Positions 39,701-53,496 of a stretch of 64,000 bases of DNA are shown here, piece by piece (the first letter of the stretch is position 1; the number at the start of each line of letters is the position of its first letter). The position numbers and the translations under genes are program-made. The notes under the pieces were generated by a model, which was given only the letters and a program-made list of their open reading frames with translations, made no database searches and had not been told where the DNA came from. The stretch is from Nymphaea colorata (taxonomy: Eukaryota): assembly GCF_008831285.2 (NCBI RefSeq), contig NC_045138.2, forward strand, positions 1,612,001 through 1,676,000. The letters run 5' to 3'.

Positions 39701-42700
39701 GGGTAATTGTCCTCTTGGAAAATTTCAAGAAATCGTGGTTTTACTTCTAATTTTTTGTCAACTGATGATACAACCCTGACAACCAGACCTTCAGCTCCCA
39801 GTACCTGTTATTAAGGGGGAAATGTCATCAGTATGGAAATTTCAAATTGCAATATCAGTCATAAGGACAGTTTCTCTGAAATCATGCCAGGAGGCCATAG
39901 TCCCAAATATCATTTTATGTATTAAGAAACCCAATATCAAATGGCATGAATAAAAGAGAACAGAGACAGGACCATCAATTTACTTTGATAAGTTCAAATA
40001 CAAAATCAGTCACAAAGATTCACACAATCTTTGTTAAAAGAGTTAAAAATATTTTCATAATGAAAACCAGTATCATTAAAATCCAATAATCCTCAAGGTG
40101 GCATTCTGAACATGCTAAACCCAGAGGATCTTACCAAACAGATCAATAGGGATCATAAGGCGAATCATTTTAGCCATTCAAGACACTGAAATTATTTATT
40201 TATGATGAATTATTCATGACTAAAAGTAACAAAACCTAGAATCTTGACAAAATTGCCTTAAGACAGGTAAAGCTAATCCAGATGCCTTTTGGAGTAGTGT
40301 AAAGCCGCCATAAACAGGATAATAACACATGTATGCATATGTTTCTGTGTGTGCGTGAGAGAGAGAGGCTTAAAAAAAAAAGAAAAAAGAAAAGAAAATA
40401 ACTTATCAACAATGTTCTCTTAATAAGGTCACAACTCTCAACCATTAAATATACACAATAATTATGATAATATTTAGCACGATCTACCTCATCAAAACTC
40501 TTCCCTTGTGCTCTTGCCCTATCCTGTTTCTCTTGCTTCAATTTCCTAAAAAGCCGCTGCTCAATATGGTCACTAAGAATTGTCCTTGGCAAATCTTTTG
40601 CACCTAAAACAGCACTTTGTGGCAAGGGCTTCCTTTCTCCCCTTTCAATTTCTGCTATATGACAATTAGGGCATGTATACTCAGCCTGCCCCCCATCATT
40701 TCTCCTGCCATTAAAAAGTGCACAAATTTGGTGCTGCCATGCTTCACATTTATCACATTGAACCCACTGTAGTAAACAAGAAAGAAAGCAATCAGAAAAA
40801 ATAAGAAAAAGGAAACACAGTTTGCATCACATGACAAAGCCCTTCCACCAAAAACATTTTCAACAGGAATTTTATTTACCCATTCTTCAGTTTCCTCATC
40901 ATTCTTTTTCTTCTCCATCCGTGCTTTTACTATTGTCATTCCATCAACCTCAATGTTCTCGCCCCGGGCCTCATTGTAGCATGGTATGCAAAAGTAGTGA
41001 CGTGTATCAGCACTTCCAAAGGTGTAATACATTGCATTACGTTTGATACGAGCACCACATGATGAGCAGTATATAGGAGGAGGTTCAAATGTAAGTTTCT
41101 CAACAGCACACAACTGACAGGAATTCTCACTCATTGAGTGTTCCATCGCTTGGTTCTTTTCAGCTTTTGCTTTGCTCTGCCAATGTCCAAAAGAAACATG
41201 TTGGAAATCGTCAAATATTAAACCAATAACAAATTGATCAAACTTTTCCAAGAAGAGTCATGGAAATTGGAAAAAGACATAAACAAAAGATAAGTTCTTC
41301 AGTATCTGTATTTTACATTCAGCGATACCCATTTTCCAATTTTTACATATTGAAAAGCTATAAAACATAATGCTACATGTTGAATCGACTCCTGTCTGTT
41401 ACACCGAAAAATAAAGGCAATGACCACAAATAGGGCAGTTTAACAACGTCCAGAAGGATGCACAAGTGAAGAGGACTGACCTGGCCAACCCATTGCCGAA
41501 GGCTAACAATATGTTCCCTAACTTGCTCTGGAGTAAAAAGTTCAGTCAAAGAAACTCCTTTGATTTTTGGTTTCCCAGATTTATTCCCAGCTGTATGATC
41601 TGCCGTCGACCCAGAACTATCCAACTTCATATCCTGTTTCACCTGATCAATTTCATTCCGAGCTGGAACTACTTCTTGCTTAAAATCAGTAACAGAATCA
41701 TTAGATATCTGAGGCTCAACCTCAGGTTTTATCATGACCGAATTATCAATGCCATTTTTGTTATTTTCAGCTTCAATAATTTTATCACCAGTTCCACAAA
41801 CAGAGTTCATGGGTGATTCTAGCTTTACATCCACCACATCAGACCTTGTAGGAATAAGTGCTTCAGGCTGTTGGGTTCCATGTGGCCTTTCATCCAATCC
41901 CTCGACAACAGAAGTATTATCATGCACTAACCCACCTCTGGGCATAACAAATGAAGGGGCACTGTTCTCAAGCTTCACTCGCTTTAGTGATGGCTGCAGA
42001 TCATCTGAAGTTTCTGAGGCAGAACTAATATTTTTTGGTGTCATCTTGGTTGTATTTGCATCCACTGTAGGAGTCTTCAACATGCCATTGGTTGAATTAG
42101 GTTCCATGGCATCCAATGGTTGGGTTGCACAGGCTTTCTGGCGAGAAATCCACCGTCTAACAGGAACACAAAGAGCACAAGCAGCGGAACGACAGCTATT
42201 AAAATGATTCATCAGCTTCTTGGTTGTATAACAATAAGTATAATTACAGTGTATGTCATGGCACTTGTCCATATGTCTACACAAATTTTGAGCAGTTACA
42301 CAGTGCTTCTGGGGACATTTCCCCCCTGCAGAGCAATTTCTGGCATGTCGTAGAAAAAGAAGCCACCTCTGTTGGTCAATAATCTCTTTCTGGCGTGACC
42401 GCGGGGTTTTACCTCCAGATCTACATAAAGTCACCGTTGAACCTGGAGGCCCTGCATAATTTTCTGAGGAGACAATTTTCCCATTAACTGTTCGCTGTGC
42501 AGTAAGATGAGGACGTTGAGCTCCATCAGGTTGCATTACTCGCCGTGAGTCTTCTTGCATCCTTTGCTCAGCAGATAACTGATTCACACCAGGAGATTTA
42601 ACTTCCCGTGCAGCCTGCCATTCTTCAGTAACAGGGACCTCCGACCGCCCAACAGTGAGGCCAGCAAATTGATTTTGGGCCTGAGGAACTGGCTGCTGTG

Positions 42701-45201
42701 GTTGCATTATCTGCTGAAATTGATGTGATGCCTGTGAGAAAGAAGAATGCAATTCCTGAGAGCTCGATGACTGGATGAGTATCTGTGATCCATTAGGTAG
42801 ATCTTGAGCTAAAGAACCAGGATTGTATTGGTTCTGTAATTCTGAAAACTGATACTGATCAGGCAAAGGATGATGTAAAGATTCATCATGCAATTCCACT
42901 TCTTGACCTGGTAGCAATTGTCCAACTGCAGTTGAAGCAAGCTGAGCATTTCCTAGGAACTGGGGATGCCTTAAGCTATCATTCAACAATTGCTGCTGTG
43001 CATTCTGATCTTTCTTTTGATGCTGATGCTGATGCTGATGCTGTACAAATTGCACATTAGATTGATGGGGATGATTAGAAAATTGTTGTGGCTGAACCCT
43101 TTGTATCTGCTGCTGAGGCTGCAATGCATGGTGCTGATTTGAATGGGATGTTGGCATATTCATCTTTTCTGAATGATCAATTGTTTGAGGCTTAACATTA
43201 GGTGTCTGTTGAAACGATTGAAAGTTTGGTTGACGAGACTGCAATCCAGAGTTAGATTTCATGTTAGAGTGCAAACCAAGAGGATTCACATTCTGACTGT
43301 TTCTTTCTGATCCATACAAGTTTCCAGACCCAGAAATATCTGCGTTGTTAACAGCATACCCATCCCCTGCCAAGAACCACTCAATCAGGATTTCTTCAAT
43401 CAATGTGAAGATATAACCATTATCATTTTGAGAAAAAAAGGGAAAAAATTAAAGGCACTTCTGAAAAAAAATTGTAAATGCTTCCGAGCAATCTAACTAT
43501 CCAGTCAAATTAGCAAGATACAGATCCGGCTGAAGAGGGAAAGAGAGATACCATTCTGCATTATTTGCTGCTGTGGCTGCTGATCCATATGCTGCTGTAA
43601 AGGTTTCTGAGTGTTCACATAAGCAGAAGAATTCAAATATCCTTCAGAATGTTGCATCCCATTCATCAATGGTACATTATTTCCCATAGTCGCCAACCCA
43701 CCGTTTAGAACCCCATTAGGGAAAACATAACCTGAAGGTTTGGGCTGCAAGCTAGAGCGCATTCCAATGCCCATTTGGCCACCAATGCTATGCATCATAC
43801 GGTTATTTTGACTGCTAGCATACTGCCTAGGTTGCTGCGGCTGTGATGCTACAACAGATTCAACACCTGAAAACCCTCCTACTCCAGTAGAAGGGTTCAT
43901 GGGCAATGAACGTGAATCACTCAGCCCAGGAGTAGGCATCATCTGAGTTGAATGTCTTGGTGTACCCAATGATGACAGCATGTTGCTTCGAGAACCCATG
44001 GAAGTGTTGGGAAGCGATTGCTGATAACCATTAGACAACAGTCCTGAAAAAGTACAATGCACCATAAGATATAAAAATGATACAAAATCAGTGTGCGCAA
44101 GGAGACATTTGAACAAAAAGTTTACCATCAGACGAGTTGAATGAATTACGCTGCATTCCACCAACAGACCCATTGGTAGATAACAAATTAGCCGTGCTGG
44201 CAGAGCTTGTAACCAGAGAAGCAGAACCGCTGCTAGCAACCATAGAATTACCGACAGAAGACACTGAAGGATTTGCATTTCCACTTTGTGGCATACCTGG
44301 TGTAGGTATCATAGCCCCAATAGATGAAGATGAAGAATTATAGTGTCGCAGTCGTAACTGTTGACTATGGTTGCTAGCCGAGAAGCGACTCATAAAATTT
44401 GCTAGCCGGCGCTGTAATGTACTGGTATCCATGTACTCTTCCTAATCACAAGAAAAATCTAAGGTCAGGAATATGATTTGTACAGAATCAGAGATGTGTA
44501 CTTTTATCTATCAAAGTATTGGCCGACTAAAGAAATAGCTTTATCTTTTTCTCTTGGCCAGTCTGCAAAACCAACATCAGATATCCCAATAGAGACACAA
44601 AACCAACTATATAGTATGTGGCATATGCATGTGAAGCTTCATATATTTATATTTTATAGTGCAGGCTTAGACACCTTAGAAGAAGCACTCTTGAACAGTC
44701 CTTGCTCCAGTCGCCTTGCAACATCAGGTAACCTGGGTCCAACTTCAGTTGCATGAGGTTTCCGCCGCAAAAAATTTACACTGCAGCAGATATAGGTAGT
44801 GATCAGCATCGAGTAAAATAAATAGTGCAACTATAAAGCAAACTATGTTACTAATCAAAGAAAGGAATAATAAACACAGAGTAACAAGTGAAACAGAATA
44901 CAAAGCATTAGGATGCTATATGGGTTACCACTCCTTTTGTTAAAGATATTAACAAAGTATCTTTATACTAATAGCACAACAAGATTTGACCAGAATTTGA
45001 CATGCAAGCTGGAGCAGGTTCAATGTTCATTACAACTGAAATCAGTGATGGCACTTACATTTCTTGAATTACACAGTTTCGGATGGACTCAATATCGGGT
45101 TCCATTTGCCATGAAGAACTATGTAGATTTCCCAAATTTTGCATCTGGAAGGGTATAGAATTTACAGAAATCTGTCCTGATAAATGTGCTTGCATGCGCA
45201 T
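33710..45201 (-). CDS. HAC1: p300/CBP-type histone acetyltransferase HAC1-like (TAZ, PHD, HAT, ZZ, TAZ), ~1750 aa, 16 coding exons
   Basis: Exons 45201-45059, 44780-44675, 44441-44126, 44043-43552, 43366-41481, 41176-40880, 40766-40488, 39804-39676, 39580-39380, 39209-39067, 38965-38653, 37473-37331, 35912-35834, 35719-35327, 34129-33912, 33824-33710 join in frame (5253 nt, all GT-AG). Motifs [72 protein letters not shown]. Confidence 0.97.
37642..38581. mobile_element. Non-autonomous hAT element (CGATAC-rich) in a HAC1 intron
   Basis: Perfect 8-bp TSD CCTCAACC (37634-37641, 38582-38589); TIRs CAATGTTGTA / TACAACACTG; same architecture as 24028-24767, inverted. Confidence 0.92.
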
Positions 45202-45216
45202 CTTTCCCAACAAACT

Positions 45217-45306
45217 CTACATCAAGTGTACCATGACTTATAATTTTGGTCTTCCACCATCTGCGACCTAGTGCTTATGAAGCTCTCTGACCCACCGATA
45301 CTTCAT
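45217..45306 (-). promoter_or_regulatory. Cluster of three short uORFs in the predicted HAC1 5' leader
   Basis: After the acceptor at 45314-45315: MKYRWVRELHKH* (45306-45268), MVEDQNYKSWYT* (45260-45222), MVHLM* (45234-45217). Main ATG at 45201. Confidence 0.6.
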
Positions 45307-47011
45307 GTAAATGCTGCAAACAAGCAGTAAGGTACCAGAAACAAGTGCCTCTTCAGACAGCCATTTTTATCACTGAGATCAAGTGCCATCCAACATATAC
45401 CTATTCAAATTTGAAAGAAGACAGAATTGTGAATTAGAGCAAAAAAGAAGGCCAATCAACCATATCTCTTTCAGCATCCAATGAAAATATAAACAACAAC
45501 CTAAAGGTTAGACAATTTCACATCAGCAGAAAAAAATGTAAAAAAAAGGAGTAAATTAAGGGCAAAGACACAATCAAAATGATAATAGGCAGAGGATTCC
45601 ATAGAGAACCAGGCTGAGCCGTCTAGGCACCTAGGTTATAAAAACTGTTGAAAAATTTTTTCTCCTGTTTTCTTCTTCATCTTCTTTTACCCTTTACATT
45701 CTTTTTCCTCTGCTTTTTTCTCTCTTTCTTCTTGTTTTCTCCTTCTCTTTCTCCCTTTCCTTCTCCTCATTTTTCCTTTCATATACAGTTTCTGGTTAGC
45801 CTAGCGCTTTTGACTATTAAGTGAAAAAACAAACTGATTCATAATGTTCAAGCTCAGATCTGGGCAATCTGCAATGTGCTTGTAACATTCTGCTTTCTTT
45901 TAATAGATAAGCTCAAAAAAGGTCAGTCAGCTCATTACCAGTTGCACTTGATAATAGCTGATGACATTAGCCTCAAATGTTCCCGCCTAATTCTTACCAA
46001 TAATGTTTCTTGAAGGCACTTCACAATGTCACTTTTCCTTAAAAGAAATAAAATAAAAGATTCTTACACGTTTGTTTTGGAGTTTATGCATCTCAACCTG
46101 AGATAAACCATCATCTTGTCGGGTGTGAAAAAAAAAGGTAATGCAGATTTCAAATGTAAGATCATATCCATTTACAACATAACTAACTTACTGTTTAAAA
46201 ATTCAAATGGAACGTGGCATATGCAGTTCATCACGTACAATACTAACAGGACTTTACATGCATGAAACAGTCTAAACATGCAAGGACAATAATGTGTTAA
46301 TATAATCTATATGATACAGGAATACAGGTCTACACGGTGTGCCCTGAGATAAAGTGACAATTTGGACACACAAAATGGTAGGCTGACGTCATAATAGCAA
46401 TTCAGAAGCAACGCCAGAAAAAACTGATTCTTTTGTAATTAATTCGTAAACTTGCTCAAATATTTTTGGAAAAGTAGTTTACATTTGGAAAATTTTTCAT
46501 GTTTTAAAAAGGAAAAATGTTAAACAAAATTTAAAATGATAAACAGTGACAGATTTTAATTTTATATCACATTGTGTTGGACCATTGCCTATACAGCCCA
46601 AAGTAGAGCGTAGGATATGAATACAGTGTTGATATAACCAGAACCAGGTCCAATCATGTGATCACCTTTCTGCAAGTATGAAATTATAATAACGTGTTCA
46701 TCTTCATGTTGACGTCAGTAACAACTGACAATTCTTCACTGTTAAAATTGCCAAGTTCCTCTAGAAAAGTTTTCTATGTCTATTGACTCGAGGGTGGTTT
46801 CATATTCAAAGTTCCTGTGTAAAGGCTAAAAAGGAAGAGAAGAAAATAGGCTGGGACCAAACGTTTTTTGTTGAGGCTATATGTGTGCATCAATTAGCGA
46901 TCATGGACCCGTCTTTCAGGTTGGTGCCCCCACAATATAGTCCCCAGTAAGATATCAGCTACTTGACTTGCTGAAAATGCTAATAGTCAACATTATAGAA
47001 CCCCAACGCGC

Positions 47012-47148
47012 AATACTTCTAAGTTCTAGCCTATTCCAACAAATCATACTCATAGAACCCCGAGCATAGACAAGTTAGCGGAATACTTCTAAGTTCTAAC
47101 CTATTCCTACAAATCATACTCATAGCACCCCCGAGCATAGACAAGTTA
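47012..47148. repeat. Tandem dimer, unit ~70 bp, in the HAC1 leader intron
   Basis: AATACTTCTAAGTTCTA.CCTATTCC.ACAAATCATACTCATAG.ACCCC..GAGCATAGACAAGTTA occurs twice. Confidence 0.85.
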
Positions 47149-47702
47149 AACTTGCCAGTGATTACCATCCAGAAAGCTCAGCAATAGTGCCACTAGTTTA
47201 ATTTCATTATTTCATGATGCAATCAACCACCACCAGTAAAACTGCCCACCTGTTCATAATGAACATCACCGATCACACAGGCACAAAATAAATCAACTGA
47301 TGCCAGAAATATTTAGCAGTGCGTTCCAATGGACGAGAAAACCTCACTCATGACGTCCTCAGTAGAACCCACCATTTGCAGGTGGAAATAAACCCAAAAA
47401 AAATCTCTCTCTACGACCCTAATAAGAACGGGAACATCGAACCAATAGCTTCTGAATTCTTCTCGGAACCCAAAAATCAACTCAATGTGAGCCAGACACA
47501 CATAATTCACAATTCGCATGCCTGAAAACCCCGGTCAGCAAGGAATGCAGAACACTGGGACCAGCCCGCCAAAAAACGGACCAACGGAAAGGATAAACTC
47601 CAGAAATTACCAAATTGAATACGCTAACGACCGCCACGCGATAGAACCAACGAAGAGTCGGAGGGAATTTGCAGAGCAAGGCGACGAAAGCGAAGGACGT
47701 AC

Positions 47703-47875
47703 CCCCGGAAACGGGCGATCCGCTGGGGAGGGGGGGATATGAAATTGGCTCCGGGACCAGAAATCGACGGTCAAGGACCGAGGTGAGAGGCCGACAGGCT
47801 CTCGTCGGAAATCTAGGGCTCGCTTCGATCGCGCTTCGTCCCTCCCTCTCCTGCTCTCTCTCACCTCTGCTCGAT
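47703..47875 (-). promoter_or_regulatory. Probable first non-coding exon / TSS region of HAC1
   Basis: GC/CpG-rich island, GA-rich leader, GCCCTAGA telobox-like motif, donor GGG|GTACGT at 47702. Confidence 0.55.
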
Positions 47876-48117
47876 CCAATATTACGCCCGAATTAATGGA
47901 GTATTTGAGTTCCGGTGGATCCAATAAATAGGGGAGTTTGGTGGCTGGAAACGGGTCGGGTACGGATCCGGCAATCGATCGCATCTGTTCTCATCAATTG
48001 GAGGAGAATGTGGCTCGGCCTAGTTCATCTGTGACAGTATTTTTCATTTATTTAAGTACTGGAACTTTGAATGCTGCAGTCTGTCGGATGTTACATCACT
48101 AAAAATTAAAATTCTTT

Positions 48118-48311
48118 CAAGCGTTTGATGCTTTGGAATTTTCATTTTTCGAATCTTAATTCCTCCTCAAATTAAAACGAAAACAAAATTTCAGGATTCA
48201 AGTTCTTGATTCTGAAAACAGAATGTCTCCCTTGTTTAATAAATTCGATTTCTTAAAAAAAGAAGCATTTTGATTTTATAATTTTATAATTCAGAATATC
48301 TCAAATGCCTC
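48118..48311. mobile_element. Possible degenerate Tourist-like MITE in the HAC1 promoter
   Basis: Ends AAGCGTTTGA ... TCAAATGCCTC are imperfect inverted repeats; AT-rich interior; no clear TSD. Confidence 0.35.
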
Positions 48312-48625
48312 CCTAGTAAAAAAGCACGGCAGTCTTTTGTCTTTAGCAACGATTTGTAATCTATTTAGTGATATTTTTAAAAAATTTTGGTCATCTCACA
48401 ACTATCTAGCAGACGGCAGCATTAACTCTTTCATTTATATATTATATATATATTTTAGCAATCTTTTTCTCAATATATATTATATTGTCATCAAATATAT
48501 TTCTATCGGTCGTTTAAGGGAATGCATAGACGTGATATATGTGTCTGAAATGTACAATTAAAAAACGAAATTATTACTTAGACATACTTAGCAGATTTCC
48601 TTAAAAAGGAAGTATATATATATAT

Positions 48626-48656
<31 letters not shown>

Positions 48657-49111
48657 TGTGTGTGTGTGCATGTGTATATGTCTAGGAGAGGGGGTGAGAT
48701 TGAATTTTGCAAGTGTCACATCGTTTCACAAATAAAAGGCTTGATGCCATGCACGTCATTTCCATGAATAGACTTGATTCTTCTTCATAACTAGGAGCTT
48801 ATGTGAGACAGAACATGTTTCATCAAATGTGGATTTGGTCCATAAGAAAAGAATGAAACCATTTCAGGACACTTGTAACAAGAATGTCACATCTTTTAAA
48901 CATAGTCTTTAATGAATAGGCCTTAAAGAATACAGTGTTCCAGTTATCAAATGCCTTTTTCAATACATATCCATGTTCCTTGAAAAAATCTACATAAAAA
49001 GAACGCAAATCCATATTACTTGGTCTGATCTTATTGACACAAAAAATTGCAAGTGAGCAGTTTATTCACAAGGTTTGAGTTGTTCTTATCAGCTTTGTGT
49101 TTGTAATATAT

Positions 49112-49580
49112 ATTATTCAAGTGAGCATAGTCTTGTCAAGCAAACAAGTACATGGAAGAAACATCCCTTGTTTGATTCCTATGGATACTAGTTCTTTGTA
49201 CTGCAAAGCAAAAGATAGGATTGCCACTATAGTTGACAAGTAAAGGTGAACATGAGCCGAGTCGAGCCCGAGTTCAGTCGGCTCGAGCTCGGCTCGACTA
49301 ATGAAACCTCGAGCTCGAGAATGGCTCGATGGAAGTGGTTCGAGCTTGACTCGGCAATTACGTGTTGAGCTCGAGTTCAACTCGATTAAGGCTTGACAAA
49401 CTCATTTTAATAGAATTGATATTTATCGTTACGTATTGAGCTCGAGCCGAATTATTCAAGGGAGCATAGTACAACTGGTCAAGCAAACATGTTCATGGAA
49501 GACATATCGCTTGTTCGATTCCTATGGATATTGTTTCTCTGAACTGCAAAGCAAAAGATAAAAGCACTACTCTAGTTGAC
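49112..49580. repeat. ~125-bp direct repeat pair (49112-49238, 49452-49580) flanking a truncated GAGCTCGA-rich hAT-MITE fragment
   Basis: ATTATTCAAG.GAGCATAGT...GTCAAGCAAACA.GT.CATGGAAGA...GATTCCTATGGATA...ACTGCAAAGCAAAAGATA...TAGTTGAC occurs twice. Confidence 0.8.
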
Positions 49581-50398
49581 TAGTGTATAGTACCCAATCG
49601 TATAAGTGGCGAAGTCAGAAAAATTTTATGGAGAAACATTGATTCACATGTTTTCATACTTGAAGAGATACTTATATGTATAACAAAGTAAATATTAAAT
49701 GATCTCAATGTAAAAGTGAAAGAAACTTTAGAAGATAGTGTGGTGCCCACACCAGCCTAGATGTCAAAACTTGGCAATCGTTGGATAATGTTTATTCGTC
49801 TAAAATCTAATTCAAGTATCAAACGACAAAAAATTCAACTTTCTCAATGACAGCTTTCTCCATAACGATTAACGAACTCCTACCCGTAGTACTGGTCGCT
49901 AGTCATACTCAATCTCAAGTACGAGACTGATTTCACTTCATTCTGCAGATGCTCGGAAAGTTATAAATACACAGATCAGTGTCGTGTCCGTTATGTGCTT
50001 TTGAAGACAAACGTTACACAAGAAATTTGAAAACATTAATTAGGTTAATCAAATTGCTTATATCTTATGTGTGTATATATATATATATTAACACTAAAGA
50101 GAGAGAGGGAGAGCTTGTAAAATATGTGAACTATGTAAATAGAGGCACTATATATAATAAGAAGATTGGAAGATGGGTATTAAGTTGAAAAAAAATAAAA
50201 AATAAAGCATGTTTTTGAAAGACATAAAGACCCCTAACACGAGGAAATAAATCAATTTCCTTAACCAAGGCTTTTCGACTTCGTTATATGGGTATTTCCA
50301 TCCCCTAAAAAATAAGTTTGTGTTATATTTTTTTTTCAACTTAATGTTCACATTCTAATATCCTTAAAATTGATGGTTCATAAATTTCATGTCCAGTA

Positions 50399-50489
50399 TA
50401 GTATATAACATAGGTTGTAAAAGATTTCAAATATACTAAATGCTAGTATATAACATAAGTTGTAAAAGATTTCAAATATACTAAATGCT
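50399..50489. repeat. 45-bp tandem duplication
   Basis: TAGTATATAACATA(G/A)GTTGTAAAAGATTTCAAATATACTAAATGC x2. Confidence 0.9.
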
Positions 50490-50561
50490 GAATGTTGTCA
50501 GATGATTAAAAACTAAAGTAACAATATATTGCTAATAAAAAGTTGACACATGAATATTAGC

Positions 50562-50738
50562 CAAGGGTGGAGGCGGCTCTAGGCACTGCATGGGCAATTG
50601 CCCATAGAGACCAACAAAAAATATTATTTTAGTATTGGTATTTCTAGGTAATTTTCTCATTTATATATTGATGTTTCTTAAAAATTTAAAATTTTATAAA
50701 GAGAGACCCATAGCCAGAATTTTCTATCTCTACCCCTG
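50562..50738. mobile_element. Short hAT-type MITE (CAGGGGCGGA-like family)
   Basis: TIRs CAAGGGTGGAG / CTCTACCCCTG; TSD ATATTAGC / ACATTATC (6/8). Related partial copies near 3893-4060, 5213-5392 and 49603-49760. Confidence 0.7.
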
Positions 50739-50845
50739 ACATTATCAACCGTTAATGACATTTTTAACAATGGTTTTATTGTCATTTTAATAACGAATAT
50801 TTATTTTTTAATTGTCTGATAGCATCCAATGTTTGGCAATTTTCA

Positions 50846-50928
<83 letters not shown>
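50846..50928. repeat. Compound (CA)n(TA)n microsatellite
   Basis: Read directly. Confidence 0.95.
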
Positions 50929-50929
<1 letters not shown>

Positions 50930-51356
50930 CTAGAGACTTGCAATGTTATTCATACCAACAAACATTTTAGTTTTTGTTCCAAGATGAAAATATATACTAC
51001 AAGATATTAATATAGTAGTATAGTTCTTCCCTTTAGTTCAAGTACATAAACATTTGCCACAAAATTTATTTATTCAATTAAAAATACCAATGCCCTTGGT
51101 GTCAATTTTAGATATTTGCGAAGTTAGGCCGATACATTTCCACCTATCGGTGGCCTTAAAATTTAATTGTTATAATAAACAAATAACCATTCATGCAGCT
51201 AATTTATAGTAATTTTATAAAACAATATCTTAGGTTCTATAATGATGTTTCATTTAGCTGGAACTTCGGTTTTGTGTATCGACAAACACGATCTTCAGTT
51301 AAATCTAACTATTCGTTATCAACTAGTAATCATATAGTGGGGCAACATATCGTCAA

Positions 51357-51430
51357 GACCGCATAGCGCAGTGGATTAGCGCGTTTGACTTCGGATCAAA
51401 AGGTCCTGGGTTCGACTCCCAGTGTGGTCG
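51357..51430 (+). tRNA. tRNA-Arg (TCG)
   Basis: GACCGCATAGCGCAGTGGATTAGCGCGTTTGACTTCGGATCAAAAGGTCCTGGGTTCGACTCCCAGTGTGGTCG; acceptor, anticodon and T stems pair; upstream CAA; T-run terminator at about 51451. Confidence 0.96.
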
Positions 51431-52480
51431 CTTCTCCTAAACGCGAAACGTTTTTCATGTCACATCCAAACCTTTTTACCTGATTCCAAAAAAAGGGAGT
51501 TTGGCTTTTTTTTTTTTTTCGTTTTTCATTTTAATGCTGATTCCGCATTGAAGAATAATGTTTGAATACAACTGGGTCCCCGCAGTTTGTTGGGATGCAA
51601 ATAATTGGACTCTATTGCTACTCTGGGCATCAGGCCGGCCCGGTAAGGAGCCGGGTTCGGACAGGCTGGGCTCGAGTCCGCCTCAACTATGCAAACTCGA
51701 GTTGGGTCTGATTAAATTAATATATTTTTTAAATATAAAATAATATATAAATATAATTAATCGTGATCATATATATATATATATATTATTTGGTTTGTTT
51801 GCCAATACAAAGTATTGGACATATATATTATTTTATACTTCTTGCTCTTCTCTTTTAATAATGTAAATATTAATTTTAAATATTTATGTTTTTTTCCCAC
51901 CAACTGGCACAGTGGTCCACGAGAACTAAACCAGAAACTAGCCTTCTATGAAATTGAGTTTTGAGATGATCGAATCATTTTCAGTCAATGTAAATATGGG
52001 TAGCGATATTGTATTTGGTTTGCTCACTAATAAAATGTGTTGTTCACATACGTTATTGTATAGTCCTTAATTGAGTGTGAGCAATCTTGCTGCCTGTTTA
52101 TGCCACACCCCTTGATTCCTTCCATCAGACTTATCCTAAAAACACATGCTAGTAGGCTGGATGTTCATGAAAATGCCCTTACACTAGAATTTGAACAATA
52201 TTAGTTGTGTTCTGCAACGAACACAGGAACCAGCAGTGTAAAACCACTTGGTACATTTTCCTTCTTTATAAAAAAAAAATTCCTTATTGTTCTTGCCTTA
52301 TAGCGGAGATATGCTGTTAATCTAGTTAGGCAGGGCAAAGATGCTTATAAGTTGGGAGATTTAGAATTCACTATTAAATGCATCAGGGTGTATCGTAGAC
52401 ATCCAGGTTTTGAACCAGCCCTAAACTGCGAGAGCGGGGGAAGGGAGGCGGTCTTGCCTCTCTCGCAAAACTCCATTTGA

Positions 52481-52580
<100 letters not shown>

Positions 52581-53496
52581 ATGAACTCTAGTTAGACTTT
52601 TTTTGTCATAAACAACATTTTTCATAAAAGTAACCAGACAAATGCGATCCACATGCTTAAAAGCATGAGAAAGAAAAGAATTACAAGTTTTTTGTGTGGT
52701 GCATAGAAAGTCAGTTTGAAAATCAATCGTCTGAACCGTCGTAGCATGTAAAATCTCATGCTCTTGTCGTGAAAACATTGACTGTTTATTAATCCCGTGT
52801 TTTCTAAACACGAGGACCGCGTTGCACTGTCAGTTACATGAAAAGCGTGCTCACGACGAAAACATTCAAACTCAAACGTGCCCTTCCCACCAAATTTGGC
52901 CGCTAAAAGTTAGACCTTTTACAAAAAAAGAAAAACTCAGGTTTTGAAAACCACAATCTTAAATTTTAATGTCTTTCATTTAACTGCTCCTTTTCTATGT
53001 AATTAGATGATTAAAAAAAAAAAAAAACCATAGGTGGGCCTAACACCTATATGCAGCATGTCTCTAGTTTGATTCTCAGAGCACCATGTTCTTTTACTGT
53101 AAAGGAAGGCAAGGCCTACATGCAAGTCGAAGCAAGTGAAAATGTCATCGCTTGGTACAACACAGCATTAGAGTTTATAGGCAAGGGGAAGGAGGGCTCG
53201 ACCTTCTCTTAAATGGTGGGATTAATCGTTATGCTCACTCGGATAAAAAGGACGAACTTAAGCATATGTGTAGGAGAGGCAAAAGGGAGCTAAGAAAAGA
53301 CTTATAACCCATACACCCATCATAGAATCATACTGATCTGAATTGTCCAGGAATCATTAAATATTGATCCCATCAGACATGAAACTATTACACAGAAGAA
53401 AACCAAGATTTTCAAGGTAAAATTTGGACTATACAGTGCTCAATAGATTTTACATATGCTCGCTTTACAAAAGAAAGTGCTGAAAATGAAAAAGAA

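Noticed and set aside
46995..47150. Repeat-spacer-like pattern (CRISPR-like)
   Set aside because: Simple tandem dimer with no unique spacers, in a plant intron, with no cas genes.
48312..48582. CACTA-like miniature element
   Set aside because: Termini too degenerate (CCCTAGTAAAAAA / TTATTACTAGAC) and no TSD.
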